Assembly: GCA_044892525.1 (NCBI GenBank) | Contig: CM097885.1 | Span: forward strand, 36,706,001 to 36,770,000 | Length of the DNA: 64,000 bases | Origin: Schmidtea polychroa | Taxonomy: Eukaryota | Direction: 5' to 3' | Part shown: piece by piece, positions 27,460 to 40,988 of the stretch | How positions within the stretch are numbered: position 1 is the stretch's first letter | Layout: each line of letters starts with the position of its first letter | The notes under the pieces: generated by a model | What the model was told of the DNA's origin: nothing | Seen by the model: the letters and a program-made list of their open reading frames with translations, nothing else | The model's database searches: none | Position numbers and translations under genes: made by a program

Positions 27460-27492
27460 TCACGAATTTTCGGCAGTGCCTTTTTCAAGTCA
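27460..27492 (-). ncRNA. Hammerhead-like motif with U3-A8 core (family D)
   Basis: Reverse strand reads tgac-TTGAAAA-A-GGC-act-GCC-GAAA-at-TC-gtga. Related copies lie at 13645-13676 (-) and 54026-54060 (+). Confidence 0.55.
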
Positions 27493-30400
27493 TTTTGATC
27501 AAAATTGAAAAGAGGTTAGTTGTGAAAATATATTTATTATCTGAACGTATTTGCGATTAAGAACTAATTTTTTTAAAACATAAATGATATCAGTAACAAA
27601 GATAATTAACTCTTATTGCTTATGAATGTATTGGCCCTTCGGTTTTTATTCCTTAAATTTGAAGGTGAAATTTCAAGAATAGCAGAACACATTTTAATAC
27701 TTTATATTTCACTTTTTAATAGAACATTTGTTTTAATATAGTTTAATATTGTCAAATGATACTTACTAGGTGTATTTTAAATTTTGCGTTATCTCTTTAT
27801 TATAAACAAACTAATTTTAAACATTTAGTTGAAGTGTAGAGCTTTTATTGGATTAAAAATTATAAATCTACTATTTTTATTCTAGAAATAGAGTTTAACA
27901 TTTAAGAAATAAATTTTCATATAAATAAATTAAAAAAGATTCACTGGGGATACTATTTTTGGAGATGTAGCGAAACTATCGATACATTATTATTGCATTT
28001 AAAGGGTTTTTACAGAATTTCAATTTATTAAACTAGAACTTTAATAAAAATGATTTATATATCTGATTTTTATATTATTTCTTTTAAGTATATAAAACTT
28101 TAAATAATCATAGTATACAACAATTTAAATATGCTTCACGTGTGAGCCTTAAGTACATGTACCATTAAGTGATTTTGATTAAATAATAAACATTAACATA
28201 AACTGAGAATACAGACTTGTGTGTTGAAAATCCATTAGCAGATGCATATATCGAGTTAAAGTATTAAAGGTTTCAAGAAAGAGTAGAAAAATTAATGAAA
28301 CATACAAACATGGCTCACGCAATTTTAACAATGGAACAAACATGCAAACAAACTCGGTGGTAACATTGTATTATTTAATTAGTTTAAATATTTGCAATAT
28401 CGTTTGCATATATCTTGAAATTATATCTTTAAAATCATATCGAATTATAATTATTATATCACCGAGAAATATATCGATTTCTCAAATCTTTAATTAATAT
28501 GTGCACTTTAATTTAATCTTTTTGAAATTTTAATTAATTTTGCAGAATTTTTATTGATTTGTACTGGAATATTCTTGCATTTAATAATAATTACAACATT
28601 ATTATTATTTCGAAATTTCATGATAACTGGTTAACGCAATTACTTAATATGAATCAAATAGCAGAAACATAAATCCTTTTAGCATTCTAAAATTTAAATT
28701 GGCATTTATTACGAATTAAAATAATCTAAAATGCATAGAATGAAAATATGTAAATAAATGAAACAGACGCAATTTCTGACAAAATCTATTATTCAATCCA
28801 GGGAAAATATAAGAAATTTCTGTTGCAGTCATTAACAGATTACAACAACAGTTCACATCAATTTTAATAATAGTTTCTAACCATTTTACAAGTAATAAAA
28901 ACTTTATTTAAAATGACATTTATCTGGTTTGTAATTTAGTATCACAGCTTTCAGGGGAAATGAGTTATTAGGTTTGATTTACATGTAAATTACTGTCTAC
29001 TTAATTCCTATGATTCCTTACTGATTTTGGACATATTTTCTTTTATTAATAACCGCTGTTAATATATAATCTTAAGAATCTTTAATCTTTTTTTAGCAAT
29101 GATTTTTTTCTCAATTAATTCAATATAAAGTTTAATGTTTCGTGTTAAATATTAAATAAATATTGATCAATTGTCTAAACAAAAATAAAGATAAAAAAAA
29201 TAATTGTGCAAAAAACTTTTCTACAAAATGAAAGTTATAAATCATTGAAAGTTTTTAATTATAAATCAATTGTTCATAAAGATAGTAACGATTCCTAATT
29301 AAAAAAAAATATTATATAAATATATGGAATAAAAAAAAGTTTTAGTTTTTGGTTTTTAAATATTTTACTTAGTATTTTTGTATAAAATTAGATAAGTGAT
29401 GTTTTTTCTGACATTTTTTAAATTAACTCGAAGATGTTTACAAAGACCTACAGAATCGCATTCCACTTTTAATAGTAATGATAGTGGATATAATGAAAAT
29501 CAACAAGAACAATAAAATGTTTAAGAGATTTTTTCTTTCTTTTGCTTTTTACATATGATTAAATAGCAACAATTGTTTTAATTTACATGTAAACTCTATC
29601 TATTTATATAAATAATATGTATGTATTATATATTATAAGAAAAATCAGTAGTGTAATCCCAGTAAAATATGAGCAAGTATATTTATTTAAAAATAATGTG
29701 CAATTTTTAAGTAAATCTGCGATGGATAAATAAAATGAAACTTGTATTGAATATTACCATATTTTGTTTGTTAATAAAAATTAATACTGTTTATGATAGA
29801 AATTAAATTATCGTTGCGACTATAAAATTATAACAAAAAAATTATAATTATAAAAAGTTTCCTAATTTTAATAACTTTGCCATTATATTTTTTAATTGAA
29901 ATAAAAATTTACAAACATATTTAAACATGAATTAAAATTATGTATTCTCAAATTGCAGACAGGTATTACTAATAAATTCTCAGAAATGTATTTATGAATA
30001 TTTATGTATTGTTTTTCATTTTCATTTGAATGAAACAAACAAATCATTTTAATTACATACGTAAAAACAACCTATAAAAAGATATTGATGAAAACCCAAT
30101 TAAGTGGAAAACTTGCAAACAGCAATATCATAATTATGATAGATTTTTATTAATTGTAATTCAAAGATCCTTATATCCCATGGAGAAGGGGTAAAAGAAA
30201 TTTTTTAACATGCAATTTTTATAATAGTAAACCAAAGAGAATATGACATTCCTCACTATTTTATGTTATAACTAATTGTTCATTACTTTTCATTCTATAT
30301 TTACATTTATTTACTTTACTTTCAGTTGTTTTAATAATCTCTTTTTACAAATATTATGAATTTCCCATAAATAATTAAAAAATCTCTTTTAGTGCAATAT

Positions 30401-30996
30401 TATGTATCAAATAATTGTATAATATCATTTTGAGTAATTTCAAATAATTTTATGTTTTATATTTGATATTAAATGCTGAAAACTGTCTGCAGGGGAAATG
30501 TTTGATTTAATACATCAAAATATTAATCAATAAATAATAATTGGATTTTTCTTTTTTTCACTGTGCATGACAAGTTTGTTCAATCGAACTGTAAAAAATG
30601 CAGTTTTTAAGCGAACAACGTTTCTGTATTGTTTTCTTTAATATCTTTATATATATAATATATATGAAGTTATTTTAAGAAATAAAAAAAGAAAAATAAT
30701 ATGAGCAATATTATTAAGTTCACAATAAGAGCATCTTGTTTATGAGTCTCAAGAGCAGTCCTTAGACAACATATAGTGACGGCTGTTTACCAGAAGGGAG
30801 GTTAATCGAGTGGAAAATAAAAATATTAATTTATGAACAAGTGCTGAAGTACGTGTTCTTATGGTTTTTTGAGTGAACTTCTCGTTTTGATTTTACAAAT
30901 TTACTTAAATTTATAATACTTTATTTGTTCTAACATCATGATATTTTCATTTCTCACTTCTGTTTTACAATTTATTAGTATTTCCTAAATATATAC

Positions 30997-31049
<53 letters not shown>

Positions 31050-31052
31050 GTT

Positions 31053-31094
<42 letters not shown>

Positions 31095-31760
31095 TAGTTG
31101 TAGTATTTTAAATTTATTATAATTACCTGAAAATTAGAATAATATTCATTATCCATCGAAATATTGACTAAATTTAAAGGAAAGAGACAATTTTTAAATT
31201 AAATATATATTTATTTTGGTTATTGAAAAATCTTAATTAACGTTTTGTATGCATTATGAGATTTAGAAAAAGGATCAAAATATCAGAATTTTAAAATGTG
31301 TTGTGTTTAAATATTGTAAATGTTCGTAATTATCTTTTCTAACCATTGCTAAATTTTATAATCAACTAACAAAGTAAATGTTATGTATTTTGTGGTGCAT
31401 GAGAAGTTTTATACTTATTAACATTTCCCCGAAGAACAAGTATTAAAATTGTTTTTGCACCAAAATTCTAAAAAACATATTGCACTGATAGAACAACATA
31501 ATTCCAGTAACTTATGTTGTGAAGTTCATGCTCATATGCTTATTCCTTGACATAGTTCATACAATTAATCAATTATATATTCTCACAAAAATTTCTATTT
31601 TGAAAAATGATCGAGAAGCTGCTAAAAGATGACAAGTCTGTCTGCAATAATAAATCCATGAATAATTGAATTGTAATTATTATATTTAAAAATTTTGTTT
31701 TCTCTTTAAATAAAACATTTAAAATATTTTACAGCTCAGTATTGAATATATATTTTATTG

Positions 31761-31895
31761 ATTGAATTAAAAAGAGAGTGAGAAGACTACAAATCAGTAC
31801 TATAAATCAGATTTATAGTCTTCAAACTCTCTTTTTAATTCAATGGATAAAATAATCAGTGGTGAAATTGGAAGAAATAAAAGTTCTTATAGTAA
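31761..31895 (+). repeat. Dispersed repeat family D as a fold-back
   Basis: attgaattaaaaagagag...gaagactacaaatc / gatttatagtcttc...ctctctttttaattcaat is an inverted pair. The tail aatcagtggtgaaattggaagaa is shared with 12181-12275, 13535-13680 (-) and 18108-18210. Confidence 0.7.
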
Positions 31896-32529
31896 TATTT
31901 TATTGATGGAAATATTTTTATAAATCAAATATTAATTAAATAATTATAAATCAATTTAATTATGAATTTTATACATGCATTTAAATTTATAAGTCACGTA
32001 TTAGTTCAAACAAAATCATAATCTAATTCAAATTGTGCTAAAGAAATAAATAGAACTAATTGAAACTTGAGAAAGAAAATAAGAGTTTTACAGATATTTA
32101 TACAAATATTTTGAGGAATATCATATAAATAAAATCTCTTTAAATCTTTTGAATTTAATAAGGCTCATATAAGAACAGGCTTTTATAAAGCCCTGCCATG
32201 TGATCTGTTATAGAGATTGTATTTCAATTAATTTCATAATAAATTTTGATTATAATAATCTAATTTTGATATTCATCAAATATTCATTTAATATTCAATA
32301 TATATTTCCTTACCTTGGTCATTGGGTATGTCACTGAATAATATAATTGAGTTTATTTTCACAAATATTCTGGTTTGATATTTTCTTATTTTCGATCCCT
32401 TGAATAATTAGAAATGACATGAATAAAGTATCCAATTTAAAACAAAATTTAATTTTAGTTTTTATATTTTTTATAATGCTTAGTCATTTATTATAGAAGA
32501 GTGGTTAAAATGAATAAATTAATAACATG

Positions 32530-32532
<3 letters not shown>

Positions 32533-32595
<63 letters not shown>
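32533..32595. repeat. (AT)n microsatellite
   Basis: Perfect dinucleotide run. Others at 26655-26683, 27362-27415, 38076-38125 and 39833-39855. Confidence 0.95.
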
Positions 32596-32597
<2 letters not shown>

Positions 32598-35500
32598 ATG
32601 TTTTATAAACCAAAATATTAAAAATAACGAATCATAAAAATGGTAAAGATTTGAGTTTAGATCCATCCTTTGTTGTCCTTTTACCTTACAGTCATTTGTC
32701 TAATTTAGTTTTCATTGTAAATTTCTTATCGTTTAGGACTCATAAATCCAGAAATAATTGAGAAGTAAGTCCAATTCCCATATGTTACTTGAATTGTTAA
32801 TTATAAATAAAATTAAAAAAATAAATAAATATATTGCAAAATTATAATTTTACCGACCGCATTTGAAAAGTTTTACTAGTACTTAATTATTGATACTGAC
32901 CAAAGTATTATTATATACTAATAATGTATTTAATAAAATATTAGTCGTTTATTATAAAAAATTACTGGTCAAATAAATAGAAGTATATACATATATATTT
33001 ATTTGATTATTTGTTGGTTTGTTTATTACTTTATTTTTATATATTGTAATGAAAAATGATAAAAACATTTTGAAATCTCTATAAGTATCATCGATTTTTG
33101 ATTAAATAGATTCATTGATATCTAGAAAACTAGTGAACCGTGTCAATGATTTCTAAATCTCTTCAAAAACAAAAAGTAAAAGAAAAAAAATCAAGTAGCA
33201 ATACGTAATGGCAATCAAATTACTAACAAACACATGCAACTTCAAACAAGAAATGAAATTTGAACATTTTTGCATAATAAAATTAAAACAAATTGTTTCT
33301 AATTTGAAATTTACTAATCCTTTTCTAAAAGTGACGAGATTCTTAGAATCGATATGTAACAATTTTTACAATTATTTATCACGTTTGAAAATTATGTAAA
33401 ACATAGAAGAAAAATATTAAAATATTTTTATCATAAGAATAATAAGATTGGAAAAGAGTTTTAAATTCCTTTTAAAACTATTTTAAAAATTCTTATATTT
33501 AATTAAAACAAAATATAAATAGTGACGTTGAACTTTAAACAAGTAAAACAGAAAATGTAAGTGTATAACGGTTTTTCATTTATTTTTGTAAAATAAAATT
33601 TTTTAAATGTTAATTTTTCATTTTATAGAGTTTATTAAAACTAAAATTAAAAACATAATGTTAAATGAGAATAAATTCAGCAATTAATAAAACAAAAATT
33701 ATTTTAAGATTGATTTATTTACTTAACAATAAAAGATATTCTTTCCAAAACCATTTAATTTTTAAAGATCAGAATAATTTATAATAATTTCTTTCCAAAT
33801 AAGTAATTGTATTATTTTAAAAATAATAATAAAATAAAAACAGCATATATAGAAAATTAATAAAATAATTAATTTACTATTATTTTTGTTAATTAAATAA
33901 ATAATGAGTATTATTAGTAATTTAATATTACTATATATAAATAATAAGTAATTTGTTAATATTTTTAACCTAAATTTAAGAAGAATAATTAATACTAAAG
34001 AACCACCAAAAATATTTTTGATACTGTTTTTATCATATTTTGAAATATTAGAAGGGATTGTTAGGAAAAGGTAATGACCAAATTTTGGGACAATATTATA
34101 TCGTTAAAATATTCGGTAAACTTCCTCGTGTTTAGTCTTATCACCTAGATCGGACTGTTGGTGCAAATTAGGACCAGCCTGATTTCTTAGTAGTATCTCT
34201 TTAGTGCGGTTTAAAATCACCGATTTTCTTTCCTTTAGTAAGCAACAATAGATTTGTAAAATATTTTGATTATTTGTGTAAACTATATTAATCAAGAATA
34301 AAGTTTTAAAACATATTGTCTTATTTATTTTGTTAATTATACGTGCATTCAATTTTTTGGAGTCAGATTGAATTGCGTTAGTTGTATCTCACTAACAACC
34401 CTCTTACGTGAAAGATGCGTTCCAAGTTGTGATAACGTTAAGTGAAATAACGAAAAGTACGAATTCTTTGTAAAAATATGGGTTCGGTGAAAAATAAATG
34501 GATGTGTAATAAAAAAGATTAAAAATAAAATTTAATAAACACAAATAAATTTCAGTGACAAGCGCGGTTTTACACATAAAAATAATTTTTGAAAGGTTTT
34601 TCGAGAGTGGTTTATTTTTCTTTTTAGCCCTCTTAACAAACTCGTAATAGGCAGATAGTTTTTTCAATAGATCATAGTTCTACTGCTAAAGAAATTGAAT
34701 TTATTTTTATCCTTAATTCTTTCACTGCTAATCTGGGCTTAATGTCATCTTCAATTTTATTTTTTGGCTGGTCACAAATTTCAATTAAATTTTCTACAGT
34801 TAATTCCTTATAAATTTATTTAAAATTTGGATAAGGTTATAATAAAAAATAGCGTTAAACGATGTACTACTGAATATCATAAGAATGGTTGCAGGGATAT
34901 TTTAGAGAGAACATATAAATCTGTTATAAATCTGTTACTTTCTAGTCATCTATTCTATTCATCAACCCGTTTACCTTTTAACTTTTTCGAATTACATGTC
35001 GATTTTGTCACTTAAATTTGAGAATTTTTATAATTTTTTTCATATTATAAGCATTTCTACACAGCAGCAATGTTTATCAATAAAACGTTTCAGTAATTCT
35101 TTCTGATGTGATATCTCGCGAATTACGAACCGGTTTTGCTAGATGAATTATGTCGGGCAAACTGGAAAGGGATTAAAAATAATCTATTAAGATGGTCTTT
35201 TTAATAATCTTTTAAAGTCATTTAAAATATTTAATCAATTTGCAAATTTTTTAAATGATTTTTTAATAATCCTTAACCCTAACCTAAATATTATTTTTTT
35301 AAAAATCAGTAGGCAAAATATGTTTTTAAAATTATGTAAATTGTTAAATTTATTTGCTTCAGATTATTTAATTCAAAATATTATCTCCGAAGGGATAAAT
35401 GGATATTTATTTTAATCTAATATAAATTTATATTGGAAATTTTGAGGAAATAAAACATACCTTTTAGTTCTGATATCTTAATTCTAAAACATTTTTCTTT

Positions 35501-35845
35501 AAAATATATTTTCATTAAATGGAATACGTTGAAATTTATTAATCCTTTAAGTGATGAGAATAATTTAATTTTAACAAAGAATATTTTTTCAGGTTTTAAT
35601 TTTATTTTTCAAAATTATCATAAATTAAATTGTGCCGCAAAATTTCATTCTAATCTACAAAATTAAATTCAAGCATGAAATGATTAATTCTTTTTTATCC
35701 TCAATCATCTTAAAATAAAAGTTTTTACAACGACTTTGAAACTGCAATCAGTTCAATAAAAATCATGACAAATCCTAAATAAGATTAGAATATTTGATAA
35801 AATAACATTTGAACGATTTTGAAAAGTTAAAGAAAATTCAAAGAA

Positions 35846-35918
<73 letters not shown>

Positions 35919-36244
35919 TAGAGTTCAATATTAATTTATTAAATATTATTCGACAAATTATTACTAATAGATATTTATATTTTTAAAATTTAATTTTTAA
36001 TTAACCTATTAGCTGCACCAAATATCAATAATTTTGATAAAATGTGTAAATAAAGATAAAATCTTTTTCTAAATGAATATTTTTATTAAAACATATTATT
36101 AAAATATAATATTTATTCATATAAAATCTGATGTAGCATTCCAAATATAGTTTACTGGCATTTTATATTATAAAATAGGAAGTTAAATATTATTAATATT
36201 GAAGTATTGTAATATATGGATTTTTCATTGTAATATTATATTAT

Positions 36245-36790
36245 ACGTTCGCCAAACTATACGTCGCAAGCCGCATGTGGCTTTTCAAAAGTCTTATTGG
36301 GGCTAAACTAATAAATAAAAAATATTTATTATATTTTCAAATTTCTGAATATCATAAAAGCCACAGATGATGATTTGTTCTGTCGTTTGGAATTTTTCGA
36401 TTTGACGCTGTTCAACCTCTGAAACCTAAGTAATGTTGTTTATATAGTTGTTTTAATGCAATATGTCGCAATCAATTATGTATTTATATCGTTTGCATTT
36501 ATTGTGATATTTATCTGTCAGAAATAGCTCTTAATTAATATAAACGATAATAATTTAATTTTCGCATCACTTAAATATTATTTAATTTATTGTTGGACAA
36601 TTCTTATCCAGATGGCTCTTAAAAATACACGAAAGCGAAAGTATATCGATGAAAAGAGAAATTTTTAAGAGGAATGGATAGATGACTACGCTTTTACAAA
36701 TGTTGGATTATTATTCTTAAGTTGTTATTGAGTCTCACTTCTAGGGCTTTTAGTTTCAATTATTAAAATAAGACTCAACACAGAACACTT
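36245..36790 (+). mobile_element. hAT (Charlie/SPIN, GTF2IRD2-like) 5' fragment
   Basis: Subterminal gttcgccaaact...gcaagccgcatgtggct, then from ATG 36612 MALKNTRKRKYIDEKRNF*EEWIDDYAF, a typical N-terminus for this transposase group. Confidence 0.65.
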
Positions 36791-38073
36791 TATTAAACGG
36801 CAACAACATTCGATATAATATTGTCAATTGCACTATTATTTGATCTACATTCTTCTATATAAATTAATAAGCCCAACGAGAGACCGCCTTTTTGATTTGA
36901 ATATAATTTTTCTTTTATAAATTTTATTTGACAAAAGCTTTGCTCAATAACTCCAAGAGGCAAAGAATGGAACAAGAGGATTTGACCCTGTAAACCTCGC
37001 TAGACCCTCCTAAATCTGAGTTTGACTAAAAAAATTTTTTAAATAAATCTTTTTTATGTTACAGTACCATATTTTATGCTTCAGAAAGAATTAAAAATTT
37101 TAACATGTATTGTTATGGGAAAACGCGTTTCACATAACGAAATCTTTCTAAAACGAACTTGCTCCTGGAACGAATGAAGTACATTATCCGAAGCATCATA
37201 TTTGATCTTCCTCCAATGAATTTTGCAATTAAATTATTGGATTATCTAGCAACCAAAATTTGCTGAAAACAAAAAAATTAAGTAGACAGCCTCTCATCTT
37301 GGCTCAAAACCTCGTTTCGCTAATTAATAACTAATCATCTTTATTAATTTTCAAATAAAATCTAATTTCATTATTTCCTTATTTACCACTCGGTTTTTCT
37401 ACGTTACTAATAAATAATTTATTTATTTTCAATTAATTTCTATTTTTTGAATATCTTTTTCTGTGGATCTCCATTGATTTTATATTATTATATCCGCATT
37501 CGTCTCTACATTTGTCATCCATACATCGGATTCGATTTAAATGAACAAATATATGATTTATCATTGTATTGCAATTGTATTGTCAGTTGCAACGTCAATA
37601 TAACAATATATTAAAATGTTTACTTTCTGCAATAAAAATTGTTTGAATTGTAAATGTAGAATTTGAATAAAAAGTAGAAATTTTGCAGGAATGTTAATTG
37701 GGGAAGCGGAGTAAATCAAATAAATTCTATGCGCTGAAAAATAAATCAAAAATGATTTTCTTATAAATTTTATTAATATTAAGACTTTTATTGCTAAAAT
37801 TAACATTTTTTAAGATAAACAAGTTGAAAAAAATGTGTTTATTTCCTCGATTTTGTTATAATCGATTTTCATTTAATAAAATAATTGGTTTATTTCTCCC
37901 GGGGAAAATGGATTCTTCAATATAAATAAAACATGTTCAATAGAAAAAACTGACAATATATTGTCAATATTACTCCAGTAACACATCCAGGTCAACTAGT
38001 AGTGGGGTGGAAGGGTTGATTTTTGGATTTAAGTATTTTTGTGTTATAAATTGGTATAAAATCAATCAAACAA

Positions 38074-38128
<55 letters not shown>

Positions 38129-38500
38129 GGTTTTACTAGTATAAAAAGCTAAACTATTTATTGTTTTAACTATTGGAAGGAGGGGGAGGCGATCACATTA
38201 CACTATGCTTTCAATTTATATTCAATATTTAATGGTAAAATGTTAAAAGAATATTATTGATAAACCTAAATAATCAATTGAAACAAAAAATAGTTTTCAT
38301 CTAGCAGTTGCAGCTGTCATAGAAACTTTTCAGTAACAGTTGTTTCTACATATAGAAAGATAATTTGACTTTTCCATAACTGCTTTCAATTCCTGTCAAT
38401 TTTCATCCAGATTCATTTGTATTTCTGATATTTATAATAATTATTCATAAAGCTTTTTCAACTGTTAATTGATGTAATACATTTTATTGTTGATTTCAAG

Positions 38501-38629
38501 GTAAAACCAGTATACATTTCAATCAACAGCGCACGATTTATGTCGGTAAATATCCATTTCTGTACCAGAGAACAGGACGATCCGTGCAGAGTGACAAAAC
38601 ATTCGATTCTTTCAGCGGTTATTTATCAG
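38501..38629 (+). CDS. NRXN: Neurexin exon: LNS6 (129 nt, phase 1-1)
   Basis: Reads GKTSIHFNQQRTIYVGKYPFLYQRTGRSVQSDKTFDSFSGYLSG (cf. RQLTIFNSQATIIIGG...PFQGQLSG). AG at 38499-500, donor GTAAAA at 38630. Confidence 0.9.
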
Positions 38630-38654
38630 GTAAAATTATTATTATTATTATTAA

Positions 38655-38751
<97 letters not shown>

Positions 38752-38752
38752 A

Positions 38753-39300
38753 GGAAGTGTTACTTAAACATTCGTTTTACAAGATATTTCGACAGATTTT
38801 TGTCATCATCAGTTAGGATAGAAAAATCTATTTATAATATCAATTTTATGAACAGTTGAATTAAATTTTATAACTATATTTGGAAAATTTTAATAATTAT
38901 TATGAACGTGTATTTTGTGAAGCCTTATATGATAAATAATTGGATTCAAAAACTAATGTAATAACTACTGTGAGTACTTGTGTTTTGAATGTTTTTAAAT
39001 AGTTTGGGTTGTAAATTATTGGTATGTGAATTGTTGTAGTTTTCAAATGTATTAAATTATTAGGTTAAATAATTTTTAAATTTCATTCTTTTAAAATATT
39101 TATAGCTGTTTAAAATTAAAAATTAGAATATTGATATTAAAATAAAAAGATAATTAAAAATTTTAAAATATTTAAATCCATTTTAATAATTTGTTGTTTA
39201 AATTAAAATTTTGTTTAAATTTATAAATTGTCAAAAAAATAATTTTATTATCTATAGTTTTTTCTATCCTACCCGCCAATGACAGGAAAACTGTTGAATT
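38753..39300 (+). mobile_element. Older Penelope-like remnant with an inverted 5' pseudo-LTR piece
   Basis: Degenerate NFNNYYERVFCEAL...STCVLNVFK. Hammerhead/pLTR motif occurs inverted at ~38780-38815 and forward (decayed) at 39271-39300. Flanked by (ATT)n. Confidence 0.7.
38779..38815 (-). ncRNA. Hammerhead ribozyme motif (family B, inverted copy)
   Basis: Reverse strand reads CTGATGA-T-GACA-aaaatc-TGTC-GAAA-tatctt. Stem I is poor. Confidence 0.55.
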
Positions 39301-39302
39301 GA

Positions 39303-39384
<82 letters not shown>

Positions 39385-40586
39385 ATTATTATTATTGATG
39401 TGTTTACTTTTTTACTTATTTTTCTGGATTTCCATATCGTTTAATATTTAAATTTTTTGACAATTTTAATCTTTGTTTCAATGCCAAGTAAAATTTGCAA
39501 TGGTTTTAATTGAGCTGTGTAATTGGATTTCATGATTTCGACTAATAAACGAATTGAGATTTTATTTGAAGAGAAATCAACAAAACTTGTCGAGAAACAT
39601 CAGACAATTTAATGATTATTATTAGAATTATTCCATGTGCCAATATGCTGTGAAAGTCTTTTTTGGTTGAATGAATTCAGGGAGCAAATATTATTCTTTT
39701 ATTCATATTTCTAATAATTATAGTGAAATCAGAAATTATTTGAAGAATAAAATATAATATTATAAAAATTAAGATAGTAATAAGGTAAGATAAAATTTAA
39801 ATATAATATATTATCTTGTATTTTTTCTTATGATATATATATATATATATATATAATTTTTAGAGTAAGAATTTAGTCTGTCAAATTTGGAAATTAAATT
39901 ATCGTCGATTTTTTTATATTGAGGGAAAATATAAACGAATAGATAAAAGAAATTAAATGCTTTATTCTCCGTTTTCTTATAAAAATGATTTTTGTAAAGA
40001 AATATTTCACAAATTGTCATAAATATATAACCAAAAAATTAATATCAATAAATATTTATTAAAACATTAAATATGATTTGACTGACTCAAAGAATTACGT
40101 GTCATTTCTAATATTTATTCCAAATCTATTAGACCTTGCTTTGCAGATATTTTATTCACTGGAATTGAATGGGTTCTTATAGAATTTTAATTCAACTGTA
40201 ATTATCAATAATGATGTAATGACACATAAAATTATTAAAATGAAGTAAGTCCAAATCAAGTAAAATATATTTCTTATTTATTTTGGAATTGATTATGGCA
40301 AAAAGATTGAGAACCGATGACAAAGAAAGAAAAATCAAATAATTGAACAATAAATTAAAAAGTATTTTTAATTCGCAAGTCAAATTAAAAATTTAAATTT
40401 GAAGAAAAAATAAATAGAAAGAAAATTTTAATTTATAGTTACCAATTTTTAGTATTTTTCACTAAGATTCTATAATCTTTAATATTATATGTAAATTGTG
40501 ACTTAACCCAATTGTTGATGAAGAATACATTTGAAATATATAAACTCACAATACAATGATAAATATGCAGCAATATCTATTGAACA

Positions 40587-40650
<64 letters not shown>

Positions 40651-40658
<8 letters not shown>

Positions 40659-40835
40659 TAAAACAATAAAATGATAATTTAAACCTTTTGCTGCAAATAA
40701 TGTATTTAATGAAAGGACTATCGTATAGTCGAAAATTCTTTCATTAAATACATTATTTGCAGCAAAAGGCTTAAATTATCATTTTATTGTTTTAAATAAT
40801 AAATGCTGCTACCAAGCAATCATCATTTTATACTT
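40651..40835 (+). repeat. Dispersed repeat family A as a fold-back (65-bp arms)
   Basis: Arms 40651-40715 and 40738-40802 are near-perfect reverse complements. Related copies lie at ~560-775, 5455-5570 (-), 24787-24870 and 54610-55050. Confidence 0.8.
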
Positions 40836-40854
40836 ATTATTATTATTATTATTA

Positions 40855-40988
<134 letters not shown>

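Noticed and set aside
34080..35160. Coding-like decayed stretches here and at ~58800-59200 and 62040-62620
   Set aside because: No recognisable motifs or termini. Probably old retroelement debris, but not supportable as features.
35272..35286. cttaaccctaaccta telomere-like sequence
   Set aside because: Only about two imperfect units; expected by chance.
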